Positions 31,925 to 42,939 of a stretch of DNA of 64,000 nucleotides are shown piece after piece. The DNA is taken from the IMG/VR virus record IMGVR_UViG_3300035502_000313, positions 128,001 through 192,000 of that record, one strand, 5' to 3'. This stretch comes from a virus (Duplodnaviria; Caudoviricetes). Position 1 is the stretch's first letter; the number at the start of each line of letters is the position of its first letter. The translations under genes were made by a program, and so were the position numbers. The notes beneath the pieces were generated by a model. The model was given only the letters and a program-made list of their open reading frames with translations, was not told the origin of the DNA and did no database searches.

Positions 31925-33965
31925 TGTTAGTCTCCTCCATCTGCTTCGGTTTGCTATATAAATATCCTTCCTTAAGTGTATTAAAAATCTCTGTAAAGTT
32001 ATTAAAATCAGAACGTTTAAAATCATACTTAGGTTGATTGATAATACTCTTATCTCCGCAAGCCATTGCATGAACAATAGCAGCGTCTCTATCTGAATCA
32101 CAGAATACAAATAAAGGCTTAACCATACTATCAGGTTTATTAGATACATCATCAAAATCATGATAAGTCAATATGCCATCTGGATATCTGATATTAGTAA
32201 AGTATTCTATTACATCATCATACATTTCTTCATAACTTGCAAAATGGAACCAACGATTAAAGAATTCAATCCAGTTATGTGACTGTAGATCATCCATAAA
32301 CTGTGCTTCTCTTTTCCATTTTATTTCGTCTCTATGAAATCTATTTTCAAATTCATATACCTTATTCGGAATATTGACATGAGCAATCAAGGTTGTTCTT
32401 GACATGTTTGCTTCAGATGTGATTGATGGATAAAGGGCTTTATAATCATAATCATCCAAGTTATCATATATAGATACTGGACGTCCATTGATTTTACGTT
32501 TAGAATAATCACTGTTTAATTTAGGGTCAGCAACAAATGCACCTGGGAATGAAACTTTAGGTGTATTCTGATTTACATTGTTTCCTATAATCATTCCATA
32601 ATTATAGTATGATTTCGCTGCTCTATTCTTAAGATATACTGTTTGTCTATAAATCTTAGACCAACGTGTATTATTAAGAAGAACGTTATTATATGCTGAG
32701 TTAATATCATTAACCTTATATTCAATACAATACTGAACAATAGTATCCATGATATTATAAAATACAAATGTCTCATAATCTTTATAAGGTAATTCTGCTA
32801 AGTTCTTTGTAATATGACTATAATTAAGTTTCTTTACGCCACAAGTAATCTGTCCAATATAATCCAATTTATAACTTCCTATAGCTGCTTGTCCTTTACG
32901 TCTTGAAGCGAAATGAATCATCTGGTCTAACCATACTGAATACGAACTAATCTTTGCAAAGTCATTACGTTCTTCATACTTAAACTGATTTCTTTCATCA
33001 ATCATATAATTGACTTCTTTATATCTAAAATCAGGATGACACATAATATCTTTTGGATTAAATCCAAGATTGATAATACGCTGAATAATATACGGAACGT
33101 CGAATGCCATATTCCAAGCTAATACAAAATCAGGTTTAAGATTGTTAATATAATTAAACAATTGTCTAAGCATTTCTATTTCATCCTTTTCATCATAGAA
33201 ATGAAATACAACTTGCATTTTATCAACTCTATATTTTTTAGCTTGTTCTGGACCACCAACTGCATCAACAAGAAACTGTTTAAGTCTCATATTTAACATT
33301 GGTTCTTTTGATTCTCTTTCAAACTTCTCAATCAAAGGATTAGTATCATTTCTTAATAAGAATGAATGGATTATCAATGACTGGTCATCAATAAAAGAAA
33401 CTGCATTTATAGGACACTCGCCTAACTCTACAAAATCTCCTTTACAATTAATTGTATCTGCTTCGATATCAAGATATGCTTTTGAAGGAACTGTATAAGA
33501 ATTTTCATATGTGTGAGAAAACTGAAATCTAATATTATCTTCAATATCCATATCAGACATTAATATACTTGGGTCATAATTACACATTGTTTTATTAGCA
33601 GCTCTATTACCATTTCTACAATTGTCATAGAACTTATCTAACTTTCCAAGTCTTTCAGCAATATCCATCTGTAATTTGGAATATGGAACAATAACACATT
33701 TACAATCTTCTATCATAGCATACTCTAATGTATACTCAGGAATTTTCATATCACTTCTGAGTATATAATATTCGTACATCGGGTCTACAATAGTTTCGAG
33801 AAATTTCTCACCAGTTTTATTATCCTTAATAATAAGGTCTATAGCACCACTTTCCCATTTACCTTCATTATTCTTTCTAGGATAATGATATATCGTATTT
33901 AATAAAGATAATGGATATCCCTTAGGATATTGTCCTATGATAAAATCATTGTCGTAGTATTTCAT
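31917..33965 (-). CDS. family B DNA polymerase, N-terminal subunit (3'-5' exonuclease + motif A)
   Basis: YLDIEAD, AWNMAFDVPY, SYKLDYI, YNIMD exonuclease motifs; FPGAFV and DYKALYPS; lacks motifs B and C. Confidence 0.9.
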   Translation of the reverse strand: MKYYDNDFIIGQYPKGYPLSLLNTIYHYPRKNNEGKWESGAIDLIIKDNKTGEKFLETIVDPMYEYYILRSDMKIPEYTLEYAMIEDCKCVIVPYSKLQMDIAERLGKLDKFYDNCRNGNRAANKTMCNYDPSILMSDMDIEDNIRFQFSHTYENSYTVPSKAYLDIEADTINCKGDFVELGECPINAVSFIDDQSLIIHSFLLRNDTNPLIEKFERESKEPMLNMRLKQFLVDAVGGPEQAKKYRVDKMQVVFHFYDEKDEIEMLRQLFNYINNLKPDFVLAWNMAFDVPYIIQRIINLGFNPKDIMCHPDFRYKEVNYMIDERNQFKYEERNDFAKISSYSVWLDQMIHFASRRKGQAAIGSYKLDYIGQITCGVKKLNYSHITKNLAELPYKDYETFVFYNIMDTIVQYCIEYKVNDINSAYNNVLLNNTRWSKIYRQTVYLKNRAAKSYYNYGMIIGNNVNQNTPKVSFPGAFVADPKLNSDYSKRKINGRPVSIYDNLDDYDYKALYPSITSEANMSRTTLIAHVNIPNKVYEFENRFHRDEIKWKREAQFMDDLQSHNWIEFFNRWFHFASYEEMYDDVIEYFTNIRYPDGILTYHDFDDVSNKPDSMVKPLFVFCDSDRDAAIVHAMACGDKSIINQPKYDFKRSDFNNFTEIFNTLKEGYLYSKPKQMEETNND

Positions 33966-34036
33966 TTTTATTTCCTCCATTTACCAACGTACGCAATACG
34001 TACGTTTATATTTTATATAGTAGTTTGAGCATCTAT

Positions 34037-34165
34037 AAAAAACGACAGACATACTCCACAGCCGCCGAAACTGTGGAGATGCTGTTCTTTTGTTCTTTTA
34101 ACAGAGGAAAACAATTCTTCGCAGAGGAAATCATGTCTCAACCAGAAGGCTGATTGCTCAACCTT
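34037..34165 (-). ncRNA. putative late small RNA with two anti-SD motifs
   Basis: AACA-N6-TA at 34165-34176; terminator CTCCACAG/CTGTGGAG plus U-tract; no ORF; divergent intergenic region. Confidence 0.5.
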
Positions 34166-34240
34166 ATCTAAATGTTGATAAATATTAGCGATTTATGTGA
34201 AAAACATTTCTATAATACAATCAAAAGGAGGAAATAAAAT

Positions 34241-35197
34241 ATGGCTTATTTAAACTTTGACATTTTAAAAGGCAATACTACTTCAGATAATAAACCAGAA
34301 CAAGATTTAACTCCTACAGTTATTCCAGTGTCTGAAGGTGAAGAACCTGCAAAAAGAAAAAGAGGAAGACCTAGAAAGAGTGAGCAACAACCTCAACAAG
34401 CTACAGCAGAGATTATTCCTTCTGCTGGTACAAATCCTGTTAATACTGTTTCTATGTGTCAAACATCAGAACCGTATATTGATACTTTTAATGAAACAAA
34501 TGACATGTTAAAGTATTCTATTATGCAGTTAGATGTATTAACTTCTGATGTAAAGAATGAGTTAGATTCTATTAGAAGTTCTAAAACTCTTAAGGGTAAG
34601 TATAAGTATATTTCTGACTTATGTGCAACAGCAAGTTCTCTAGTAAGCTCTAAGATTTCTGCTATTAAAGAAATCAATGCTGTAACTCATAACTGTCATA
34701 AACTTGAACTTCAAAGGGTTAAAGATATCAAGAACTCTGCAGCTAATCAACAGGATGATGATAAGTATATTACTGACCTTTATAATGCTTACATTAATAC
34801 ACCTGTAGGAGCTGGTCCTAATCCAGCATTACAATATACATCTTCTAATGTAGCTGGTAATATGCAAGCATTAATGGGCGGTGTTAATACTATTCCTGTA
34901 AACGAAGACCAGAACTTCCAGAATTATATGAGTAATCTAACTCCTGAACAAAATAGAATGATTCTCGGAGATAAGTCCAATATTGAAACTGTAGTTGTTT
35001 ATGATCCTACAACTGGTGAAAAGTCATTTGAAGTTATTGATTCTAGTACAGGTATTTCTGTACCTAATTATCCAAGGCCAAATGCAGGACTTCTAGATGA
35101 TACTAGTATAGATATGGCTACTGGTATTGCATCTAATACAAATATTGGACAGAGTTGGAAAGTTGTCGTACTCGGAGATATGATAAACAAATTCTAA
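34241..35197 (+). CDS. hypothetical protein with AT-hook
   Basis: KRKRGRPRKS motif, central coiled coil; late promoter 34203. Confidence 0.65.
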   Translation: MAYLNFDILKGNTTSDNKPEQDLTPTVIPVSEGEEPAKRKRGRPRKSEQQPQQATAEIIPSAGTNPVNTVSMCQTSEPYIDTFNETNDMLKYSIMQLDVLTSDVKNELDSIRSSKTLKGKYKYISDLCATASSLVSSKISAIKEINAVTHNCHKLELQRVKDIKNSAANQQDDDKYITDLYNAYINTPVGAGPNPALQYTSSNVAGNMQALMGGVNTIPVNEDQNFQNYMSNLTPEQNRMILGDKSNIETVVVYDPTTGEKSFEVIDSSTGISVPNYPRPNAGLLDDTSIDMATGIASNTNIGQSWKVVVLGDMINKF

Positions 35198-35265
35198 TTG
35201 TATACTATTATTATGATTATAAAGAAATTTTATAATCTAATATTAATTACAAAGGAGTTTTATTT

Positions 35266-35595
35266 ATGAAAGGTATCGACAAACTCTGTGAATGGTTCAC
35301 TGAGAATCCAAATGTATGTGCAAAAGAGGTTGAACTGGCACTTAATGAAGAGTGTTATGTTATCGATCCAAATATTATTGACAATGAGAATGGAATGTAT
35401 GCTTATATACCTTGTGTTGTTGTGAGAATTGATATGTCTCAGAATATCCCTGGACGTAAATATTATATGCTTCAGGCTAAAGAAAGCATTAACGACGAAC
35501 AGCTTAATAGTTTAGAAGAAGCAGGTATAAAATTCTATAAGTATTTAGAGAATACAAGTCCATATTTGTTCAAAATCAATAATACTATTGGATAA
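35266..35595 (+). CDS. hypothetical protein
   Basis: 109 aa, RBS, terminator GAATGAGCC-TTCG-GGCTCATTC at about 35620-35647. Confidence 0.7.
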   Translation: MKGIDKLCEWFTENPNVCAKEVELALNEECYVIDPNIIDNENGMYAYIPCVVVRIDMSQNIPGRKYYMLQAKESINDEQLNSLEEAGIKFYKYLENTSPYLFKINNTIG

Positions 35596-35664
35596 CTTAA
35601 AGTTTAATCGAAATACTGTGAATGAGCCTTCGGGCTCATTCTTTTTTGTTAAGGAGGTTCTAAA

Positions 35665-36972
35665 ATGGCATATAGAGAAATTAAAGTTAAAGACATAGCG
35701 GTACAGAAACAACTTAATAGAAATATTGTCGTAGCTCCTTTACATCAAAGCTATGCATTATGTATAGAATATATGAAGCATTGGTTTCTAAAGAAGTTTT
35801 CAGATGACTTCTTTTCTTGGACTCATGTAGATGGTAGTCATGTATTTGGTGATATTACTAAATATACTAGACAAGAAATAATGTCTCATAATTCAGATGA
35901 TAAAGCAGCATTGACAATTATTCCTACTATAGATGATGATTATAATAGAGATAGATTGGATCAGAATCTATTTGGAATTGATCAATTTATTAATACAACA
36001 AAAATAGACAAAGCGTTCTTTCAAGACCCAGTCAATAAAAGATATATTATGATGAAGATGGATATGATGCTTCTTAATTTTACATATAGAGTTAAATTAC
36101 CTTCAAGAGCAATGCAACTAGATGTACAGAAGTATATGAAACTTGCATTTAGAACTAATCTATCAGAATCTCAAGATGTAGATTTAGATTATGTAATGCC
36201 ATATCCGATGATGTTATTCATTGCAAAAGATTTGGGATTTGAAATTAAAGACGATAGAATATGTGAGCCTATAAAGTTTCTTACATATCTAAATAGTCGT
36301 TCTTATATTCCTATTACATATAAGCGTTCTAATGTAAATGCAAGAGAAGAATACTTTGTAAGAGTAGACCATCTCCCAGTACGTCTTCTAATAAAAGATG
36401 TAAGTAAAGATGATGGTAATAAATATGGTCATGTATCAGATGACTTTAATATAGAAATGCAAGTTGAAACAAGATTCCCATCAATGCAATTATATGTATA
36501 CTTTACTAAAGAAGAAGCTACAGATGTTGTATTTGGTAAAGAGGCTACTAATATTGATAATACGCTTATGATGTCACTACATTATTATGACGATCCTCCA
36601 GCAATTAATGATAAAGGATGGAAGCTTACTATAAATGCTCAATGGGAAGAAGATAAGCCTGGGCTTATTAATATTGATTTGAACGAATTATTCGACGGTG
36701 AATTATCTCAGATTTCAAATTATCTGATTTCTAGATTTATTTCTCCTAGTGTATTTTTAGATATACAACTCTATAGCGGAGGAATTAAACTAGAAGATGT
36801 AGATATAGATTGGGGAAGTATGAAACTAACTGCAAAAAATCCTACAGAAAAATTAATTTCAACACTGGCAATTTATATTGATCTTGAATATTTGAATAGT
36901 ATTAGAGTTGAAAGTTATGGAAATGAGGGCTCTAGTAAAGTAATGATGAGTGACCCTAATAGGTCTTATTAA
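35665..36972 (+). CDS. putative virion structural protein
   Basis: 435 aa in head-gene cluster; function not recognised. Confidence 0.45.
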   Translation: MAYREIKVKDIAVQKQLNRNIVVAPLHQSYALCIEYMKHWFLKKFSDDFFSWTHVDGSHVFGDITKYTRQEIMSHNSDDKAALTIIPTIDDDYNRDRLDQNLFGIDQFINTTKIDKAFFQDPVNKRYIMMKMDMMLLNFTYRVKLPSRAMQLDVQKYMKLAFRTNLSESQDVDLDYVMPYPMMLFIAKDLGFEIKDDRICEPIKFLTYLNSRSYIPITYKRSNVNAREEYFVRVDHLPVRLLIKDVSKDDGNKYGHVSDDFNIEMQVETRFPSMQLYVYFTKEEATDVVFGKEATNIDNTLMMSLHYYDDPPAINDKGWKLTINAQWEEDKPGLINIDLNELFDGELSQISNYLISRFISPSVFLDIQLYSGGIKLEDVDIDWGSMKLTAKNPTEKLISTLAIYIDLEYLNSIRVESYGNEGSSKVMMSDPNRSY

Positions 36973-37013
36973 GAACTTTAATATAAAACACCGAAGAAAA
37001 GGAGGTCATTTCA

Positions 37014-39647
37014 ATGAGTCTTACATACAGAGATATTACCAATCGTCAAAGAAATTTAATGACAATTGATAATTGCAATATTAATGTCAATGTAAATCAG
37101 CTTCTTGATTCATTAAAAGAAAGCTACTCGTATCATAAGGCTAAACTTTTGTTAGAAAATTGGACAGCATTTGGTAATGAAGATATTGCTCTTGATAAGG
37201 TATTTGAAGTATTTACTATCATTACAGATAATGATGATATTCCTAATATAGAGAATGCATCGAATATCATAGAAGGTAATATTATTACTAAATTACGTAA
37301 TGCAAAGCAAACAAATTTATTGAATCATTACAAACGTGGTTGGATTAAGCATAGACATACATCAATGCTTAATGATACTAAAGATAATGAGAATGCTGTT
37401 GCTAAGGCTAAAGCAAATGGTGGATATTTAGGAAATTCTCTTCACCCAAATAGAAAATATAAAAGAGATATTTATGGGCGTAAAATGGGAGAAGTAAAAA
37501 ATACCAGCTCCCAACAGCAAGATGGAAATGATGAATCAGATAATACTGCCGAAGTTGCTAAAGAATGCTTTGACAGATTTATTAATGTGGCTTATGTTAA
37601 TGAGCAATGTGATAGAGTTCTAAATAATCATCAAAAGCTATCTAAAAGATTTAATTTTGATAATATCGTAAGACAGTGTCCATTATCAACAGCAGCATTG
37701 CAAGACTGTATATATCATATGTGTGGTTTATTAGAGACATATGATATGTATGAAGGAGTTAGATATCTTATATCATTAGAGAATATAATGTATCTAATGA
37801 ATAAGAATTGTGTACCTGTGGACAATTCATTTATTGTAGAAACAGTAACTGATTATTTTTTAATGTCAGAAGATACTAATATCGATGTTACAATTAGAAA
37901 TCTTAAGTATGTAATTGAGAATTCTAAATTCTTTAACGATGATGAACTTTCTGGAGTTAGATATGTATGTACTGATAATGAGGATGCTATCATTGAAGCT
38001 GTAGAGAATGAAGAAGACATTGATTTTGTAGAAGAGAATAAAATACATGATATGTTTCTTAAGTATAAACAAAAGAGAGCTATTACTCTTAAGAAAAAAC
38101 AAAAGGTAGAATCTCTTAGAATTAAAAAAGAGATTCATGATTTTAAAAAGTCTAATAAGAAAACAATTGAAAATTTCAAAGCTACTATATCAAGAATATT
38201 TGTTAATAGTCCAGAAGGAATTATTAATGAATTACCTGATATATTTAAATTTGTAAGACTAGGAATAGTTATAGGAGCATTTGCTATTAATCCATATCTT
38301 GGAATTATTACTATGATAACAGGATTTTTCTTAAAGATGAAGATATCTAGAGAAAGAATGGCGATTGTAATAATACAATATACTAAAGAATGTGATAATT
38401 ATAAAAAGAAAATGGATAAAGCTAAATCAAATGGCGACGAAAAGAAAAGAGAAAAATATGAGAAGCTATATAAGCAGTATAAAGAAGATATATCTAAGCT
38501 AGAATCTTATCAAGAAGAACTCTATACAGAAGCTGAGAATGAAAAGCGTATGGAAGAAAAATATGCTAAAGAAGCTGAAAAAGGTGGAGATGATTTTAGC
38601 TTTGATGATTTCGATATGGCTTTTGATTTTGATTTCGAAGAACAAACTGCTATTGAATATGCTGATATGATGGCTACATTGTGTGAACAATTATCTTTTT
38701 CTAAGGCTAATTTAGATGCTTGTATTCATAATAATATATCTAAATTATCTAGTGGTGATATATACAATATTACAGAAGCAGTTAAATTATGTAATGATAT
38801 TGTAGATTGTCCTAGATTTGTTAATACTCTAGAAGATGAACTTGCTAGAGTTAGAGGTATCAAGAATGAATCTTATATTGTATCTCTTCAACGAATAGAT
38901 TCTATAAAGATGTGTATGTCTGATATAGAAAAGATTAAGTATGATAGTCTTCTTGAATCTGGATTTATACAATCTGATAACGAACTGTATGATATAGAAA
39001 CTATATATGAGACATTGAAATATAAGAATGAGATAATTAATGATACTATAGATTATATTAGATCAGTTAATGAAGCAAAAGAAAAAGATGATAAGAAAGG
39101 AATATCATTCTTAAGCAAATTAAAGATAGCTTCTCAGAATCTAAAGAGAGTTGCTTTAAAAGGAAAAGATAAAGACAAAGAATTAAGTATGAAACTTGAT
39201 AGTGAATTAAATAGAACTATGAAAGCTGTTAAACAAGCTATGATTAGTGATTCTAGAGAAAGTATTATCAAGGGTTCTTTCCTTCCTTCTGCTTCTAAGT
39301 GTTTACATATAGCTCTTGCTTCTGGTGCAGCATTTTTAATTGAACCAGCTCTTGCTATAGTTGGTTTGCTTGGTTTTATCGGTTGTTCTAAAGTATTAAA
39401 TGAAAAAGAACGCAATCTTATTCTAGATGATATAGATATAGAAATTAAGATGTGTGATAAGTATATGAAGATTGCTGAAGAAAAAGATGATCTCACTGCA
39501 GTTAGAGAGATTATGAAGACAAAACGTGACTTAGAAAGACAGCGTTCCAGAATTCTTTATAATAAGAAATATGTATTTAAAGGTAAGAAACAATATGACA
39601 TGAAACCTGCTTCTATGTCTAAGAATGCTAAAGACGATAATTATTAA
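37014..39647 (+). CDS. putative head-internal/ejection protein
   Basis: 877 aa, many xxE sites, two hydrophobic hairpin segments followed by coiled coils. Confidence 0.5.
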   Translation: MSLTYRDITNRQRNLMTIDNCNINVNVNQLLDSLKESYSYHKAKLLLENWTAFGNEDIALDKVFEVFTIITDNDDIPNIENASNIIEGNIITKLRNAKQTNLLNHYKRGWIKHRHTSMLNDTKDNENAVAKAKANGGYLGNSLHPNRKYKRDIYGRKMGEVKNTSSQQQDGNDESDNTAEVAKECFDRFINVAYVNEQCDRVLNNHQKLSKRFNFDNIVRQCPLSTAALQDCIYHMCGLLETYDMYEGVRYLISLENIMYLMNKNCVPVDNSFIVETVTDYFLMSEDTNIDVTIRNLKYVIENSKFFNDDELSGVRYVCTDNEDAIIEAVENEEDIDFVEENKIHDMFLKYKQKRAITLKKKQKVESLRIKKEIHDFKKSNKKTIENFKATISRIFVNSPEGIINELPDIFKFVRLGIVIGAFAINPYLGIITMITGFFLKMKISRERMAIVIIQYTKECDNYKKKMDKAKSNGDEKKREKYEKLYKQYKEDISKLESYQEELYTEAENEKRMEEKYAKEAEKGGDDFSFDDFDMAFDFDFEEQTAIEYADMMATLCEQLSFSKANLDACIHNNISKLSSGDIYNITEAVKLCNDIVDCPRFVNTLEDELARVRGIKNESYIVSLQRIDSIKMCMSDIEKIKYDSLLESGFIQSDNELYDIETIYETLKYKNEIINDTIDYIRSVNEAKEKDDKKGISFLSKLKIASQNLKRVALKGKDKDKELSMKLDSELNRTMKAVKQAMISDSRESIIKGSFLPSASKCLHIALASGAAFLIEPALAIVGLLGFIGCSKVLNEKERNLILDDIDIEIKMCDKYMKIAEEKDDLTAVREIMKTKRDLERQRSRILYNKKYVFKGKKQYDMKPASMSKNAKDDNY

Positions 39648-39662
39648 TGGAGGTGAAATACT

Positions 39663-40661
39663 TTGAGTTATCTTAATAGTTTGAGAGAGATTTTACACGA
39701 AATTAATATTGGTGGTGAAGATCCAAACGCTTCTCAAGAACCTGATGAAGATGATGGTGACCAGAACTTTATGGATGATAATGATGATTCTGACACATCA
39801 GATAATACTACCGATGATTCTTCTAATTCTGATGATGAAGGAGATCAGAACTTTATGGATGACGATTCTGATAATAGTGAAGAAGAACAACCTGATACAA
39901 ACGACAAAGGTTCTGATGAAGATGATGGTGACCAGAACTTTATGGATGATGATTCTTCTGATAACAGCGAAGATGATACAACATCTGATGATAATAACGA
40001 AGAAACTGATTCAGGAGATGAAAACTCTGGTGACCAAAACTTCATGGATGATGACGGAGGTGAAGATGATTCTGGTGAAACTGAAGACAGTGGAAAAGAA
40101 TCAAATGATAATAATGAATCTGAAGAAAATAGTGATGATAATTCTGAAGAAGATGAAAATGGATATGATATTAATAAAATAGAAGATGAGCTATTCTCTA
40201 GTCTTACTCCAGAACAAATTGCTATTAAGAATCATGAACTTAAAAATCAATTCATTGAGCTTTATTCTATTATAGGAAGTACATTAGTAAGAATAAACGA
40301 TATTTCTAAATCTAATGAAAATATTAATGTATTAAAATTTATAACAGAAAAGTTATTAGAGCTTAGAGAGATGATTGATTTCAATATAACTACTGCATAT
40401 CAAACAAGAACTTATATTGAAAATAATATTATATATCAGCAATGTATAGCTACATTAAATGCTATTGCTGAAATTATAGATAATATTCCTAAGTTAGATG
40501 GAAAGAAAGAAAACGAAGATGAAAACGAAATAGATAATAAGGGGATCCCAGTAGAACAAGATAAAGAATCTTCTGAAACATTAGATATTTCTGACTCTAG
40601 TGTATCTAATTATCAAGAGGAATCTACTGACTATTCTTCTGAATATAATGACCTATTTTAA
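39663..40661 (+). CDS. acidic prohead core/scaffold-like protein
   Basis: TTG start after GGAGGTG; four GDQNFMDD repeats; directly upstream of major capsid. Confidence 0.55.
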   Translation: MSYLNSLREILHEINIGGEDPNASQEPDEDDGDQNFMDDNDDSDTSDNTTDDSSNSDDEGDQNFMDDDSDNSEEEQPDTNDKGSDEDDGDQNFMDDDSSDNSEDDTTSDDNNEETDSGDENSGDQNFMDDDGGEDDSGETEDSGKESNDNNESEENSDDNSEEDENGYDINKIEDELFSSLTPEQIAIKNHELKNQFIELYSIIGSTLVRINDISKSNENINVLKFITEKLLELREMIDFNITTAYQTRTYIENNIIYQQCIATLNAIAEIIDNIPKLDGKKENEDENEIDNKGIPVEQDKESSETLDISDSSVSNYQEESTDYSSEYNDLF

Positions 40662-40808
40662 AATTTACAATGGAATATCATAACAATATAATAAAATAGT
40701 GAAAGGGATTTTATTGCTTGCACTATTAAAAATACAAATAACATCAATATCATCATCTAAATATTTATATTTTAACATTTTATAAAAATTCAAAAGGAGG
40801 ATACTAAT

Positions 40809-42839
40809 ATGCCAGTAATCGGTGAACAGATTAGCCGTAAGCCTGGTTCTGCGGGTTATACCCACGATCCTATGGCTGGTTTTGCAAAAGAATTTTTAAG
40901 TCTGTCTAACTCAATTCTTGAAGAAGCTAGACTAGATTTATATGAAGATACATCAAAGGTTCTTAGAAAAGGTATTTCTGACGAGACATTAAAGAGCTTC
41001 TTTATGGAGAACTCTGCTGATCCTCGTGGAATGACAACTGAAGAATATGAGGATCATATGCTCATGATGGAGCAGATGTATGAAAATGATAAGGAAGCAG
41101 TTCTTGAACACTGTGGTATGGGACAGTACAACCCTGTTGTAGGTATGACATTCCCTATCCATAAGAACATTATGCTTAACAACATCTTTGACAAGGGTGC
41201 TATTCCTAAGTTTGTTGCAACTTCTCCTAAGTTCACAGTAAGCATGGAAACAAGATGGCTTATTGACCCTGAAACAAATGAGAAGATTGATATGTGGAGA
41301 GAACAGTTTAAGATGACAGATGCTATTGATAAGGCAGCTCCTCTTAAGACTCTTTATCTACCTTTACCAGAAGCACAGAATACAAATGTAATCGAAACAT
41401 TATTCGGTGTTCCTGCAGACCATAATACAAACCTTTCTATCGAATCTCACCTTTCTGGTCTTATCGGTAACAAGGTTGTATATCCTGGTCAGACTATCAG
41501 AATCGTTGTTGAGAATTCTGATTCTGCTACAACTCCTGCTACAGTTACATATGAAGTAGTTAAGTATACAAATACTACTGAAAAGGCATATGTAATTCCT
41601 ACTGACACACCTACAGATCTTGCAGATCAGCTTCCTGAAGTTGAGGATACTGTAACTCAGACTGTTATCGGTGGTGTATTTGATTGGAGAGGTCCGTTCA
41701 CTCCTGCATATGGCGGTTATGATCGTCAGATTTGTGAGCAGTACGCACTTCCTCTAGTAACATCTGTAGCTGAAGGTACTCTTCCAAGCACTTGGAAGTT
41801 AACTGTAACTCTCGCAGATGGTTCTACAGTTGACATTGATAATACAACTGATGAGAATGCTATTCCTGGTCAGTACAGAACAGTTGGTTTTGTATCTGGT
41901 TTCACAAAGGATAACAGATTTGGTCTTACAACTTCTAATGCAAGTGTTCTTGGTGTTCTATTAACATCTAGACTTGACACTTCTTCTGCTATGCTTAAGA
42001 CAGCTTCTGTATCTTGGGATGTTCGTACAGACATTATCGAAATTCCTAATGCAGTTCCGATTAATGTTACAATCAGCCCTGAAGAAGTTAAGGATATCGC
42101 TGCACTCTATCAGATTAATCAGCTTACTAAGATTATGTCTCTCATGAAGATTTCTCTTGGTAACTACAAGGATGATAAGATTCGTCGTCAGCTCGATACA
42201 AGCTTCCTTACAATGCCTGATGATTCTAAGATTGCACGTCAGTTTGACTTTGCTCCTTCACAGAGCTATGCACTTGATCCTATTGAATGGCGTCATAAGA
42301 CATTCATGGATGCTCTTGATACTCATGCAACACAACTTCTCCATGTATTAAATGATCCTAACGTTACATTCAATATCATTGGTCGTGATGATCTTATCAG
42401 AAAGATTACTCCTACAGATTATACATATCAGTCTCCTTCTGCAATTGGTCCTGTTCAGCTTGACTTTGTTAAGACTGTTGTTACATCTGATAAGAGAACA
42501 TATCAGTTCATTAGCTCTGATAAGCTTCGTGATAGCAACAACCTCATGATTATCGTTTGCCCAAGAAACTCTGAGAGATTCATTTACAGAATTTATGATT
42601 ATCAGATGTATCTAAGCAATGAAATCAGAAACATCACTAACCCAGCTCTTCCTGCAGTTCATGCATTCGAGAGATGGATTATGAGAGATTACCAGCCGGT
42701 ACAGGGACGTATCAGAATCCTGAATCCTACTGGTCTACGTAACTACAGCACTGATTATGCATTCAACAACGATCCAACAGGTCGTGGTGACGGCATGAGA
42801 AGCATTGGTAAGAACGATTTCAATATCGATGCTATCTAA
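40809..42839 (+). CDS. major capsid protein
   Basis: 676 aa, strong codon bias, N-terminal propeptide with xxE sites, NITNPALPAV near C-terminus, strong terminator after. Confidence 0.8.
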   Translation: MPVIGEQISRKPGSAGYTHDPMAGFAKEFLSLSNSILEEARLDLYEDTSKVLRKGISDETLKSFFMENSADPRGMTTEEYEDHMLMMEQMYENDKEAVLEHCGMGQYNPVVGMTFPIHKNIMLNNIFDKGAIPKFVATSPKFTVSMETRWLIDPETNEKIDMWREQFKMTDAIDKAAPLKTLYLPLPEAQNTNVIETLFGVPADHNTNLSIESHLSGLIGNKVVYPGQTIRIVVENSDSATTPATVTYEVVKYTNTTEKAYVIPTDTPTDLADQLPEVEDTVTQTVIGGVFDWRGPFTPAYGGYDRQICEQYALPLVTSVAEGTLPSTWKLTVTLADGSTVDIDNTTDENAIPGQYRTVGFVSGFTKDNRFGLTTSNASVLGVLLTSRLDTSSAMLKTASVSWDVRTDIIEIPNAVPINVTISPEEVKDIAALYQINQLTKIMSLMKISLGNYKDDKIRRQLDTSFLTMPDDSKIARQFDFAPSQSYALDPIEWRHKTFMDALDTHATQLLHVLNDPNVTFNIIGRDDLIRKITPTDYTYQSPSAIGPVQLDFVKTVVTSDKRTYQFISSDKLRDSNNLMIIVCPRNSERFIYRIYDYQMYLSNEIRNITNPALPAVHAFERWIMRDYQPVQGRIRILNPTGLRNYSTDYAFNNDPTGRGDGMRSIGKNDFNIDAI

Positions 42840-42878
42840 TCAGTATTGAATAATAATTCATATTAATTAGTCTTTATA

Positions 42879-42914
42879 TCCGCCTAGTGTCTGGTTAGGC
42901 ACTAGGTGGTTTTT
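42879..42914 (+). terminator. intrinsic terminator after major capsid gene
   Basis: CCGCCTAGTGTC..GGCACTAGGTGG followed by T-tract. Confidence 0.8.
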
Positions 42915-42939
42915 ATAAAATTTGAAAGGAGGATTATTC

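Noticed and set aside
31925-32161. 79-aa N-terminal extension of the 31322 ORF
   Set aside because: Overlaps the polymerase gene; the RBS supports a start at 31924
39709-40182. 157-aa Met/Ile-rich alternative-frame ORF
   Set aside because: By-product of GAT repeats in the acidic gene
40664-40692. SigA-like TTTACA-N17-TATAAT upstream of the capsid gene
   Set aside because: Single instance in very AT-rich DNA; an AACA-type variant at about 40774 explains capsid expression
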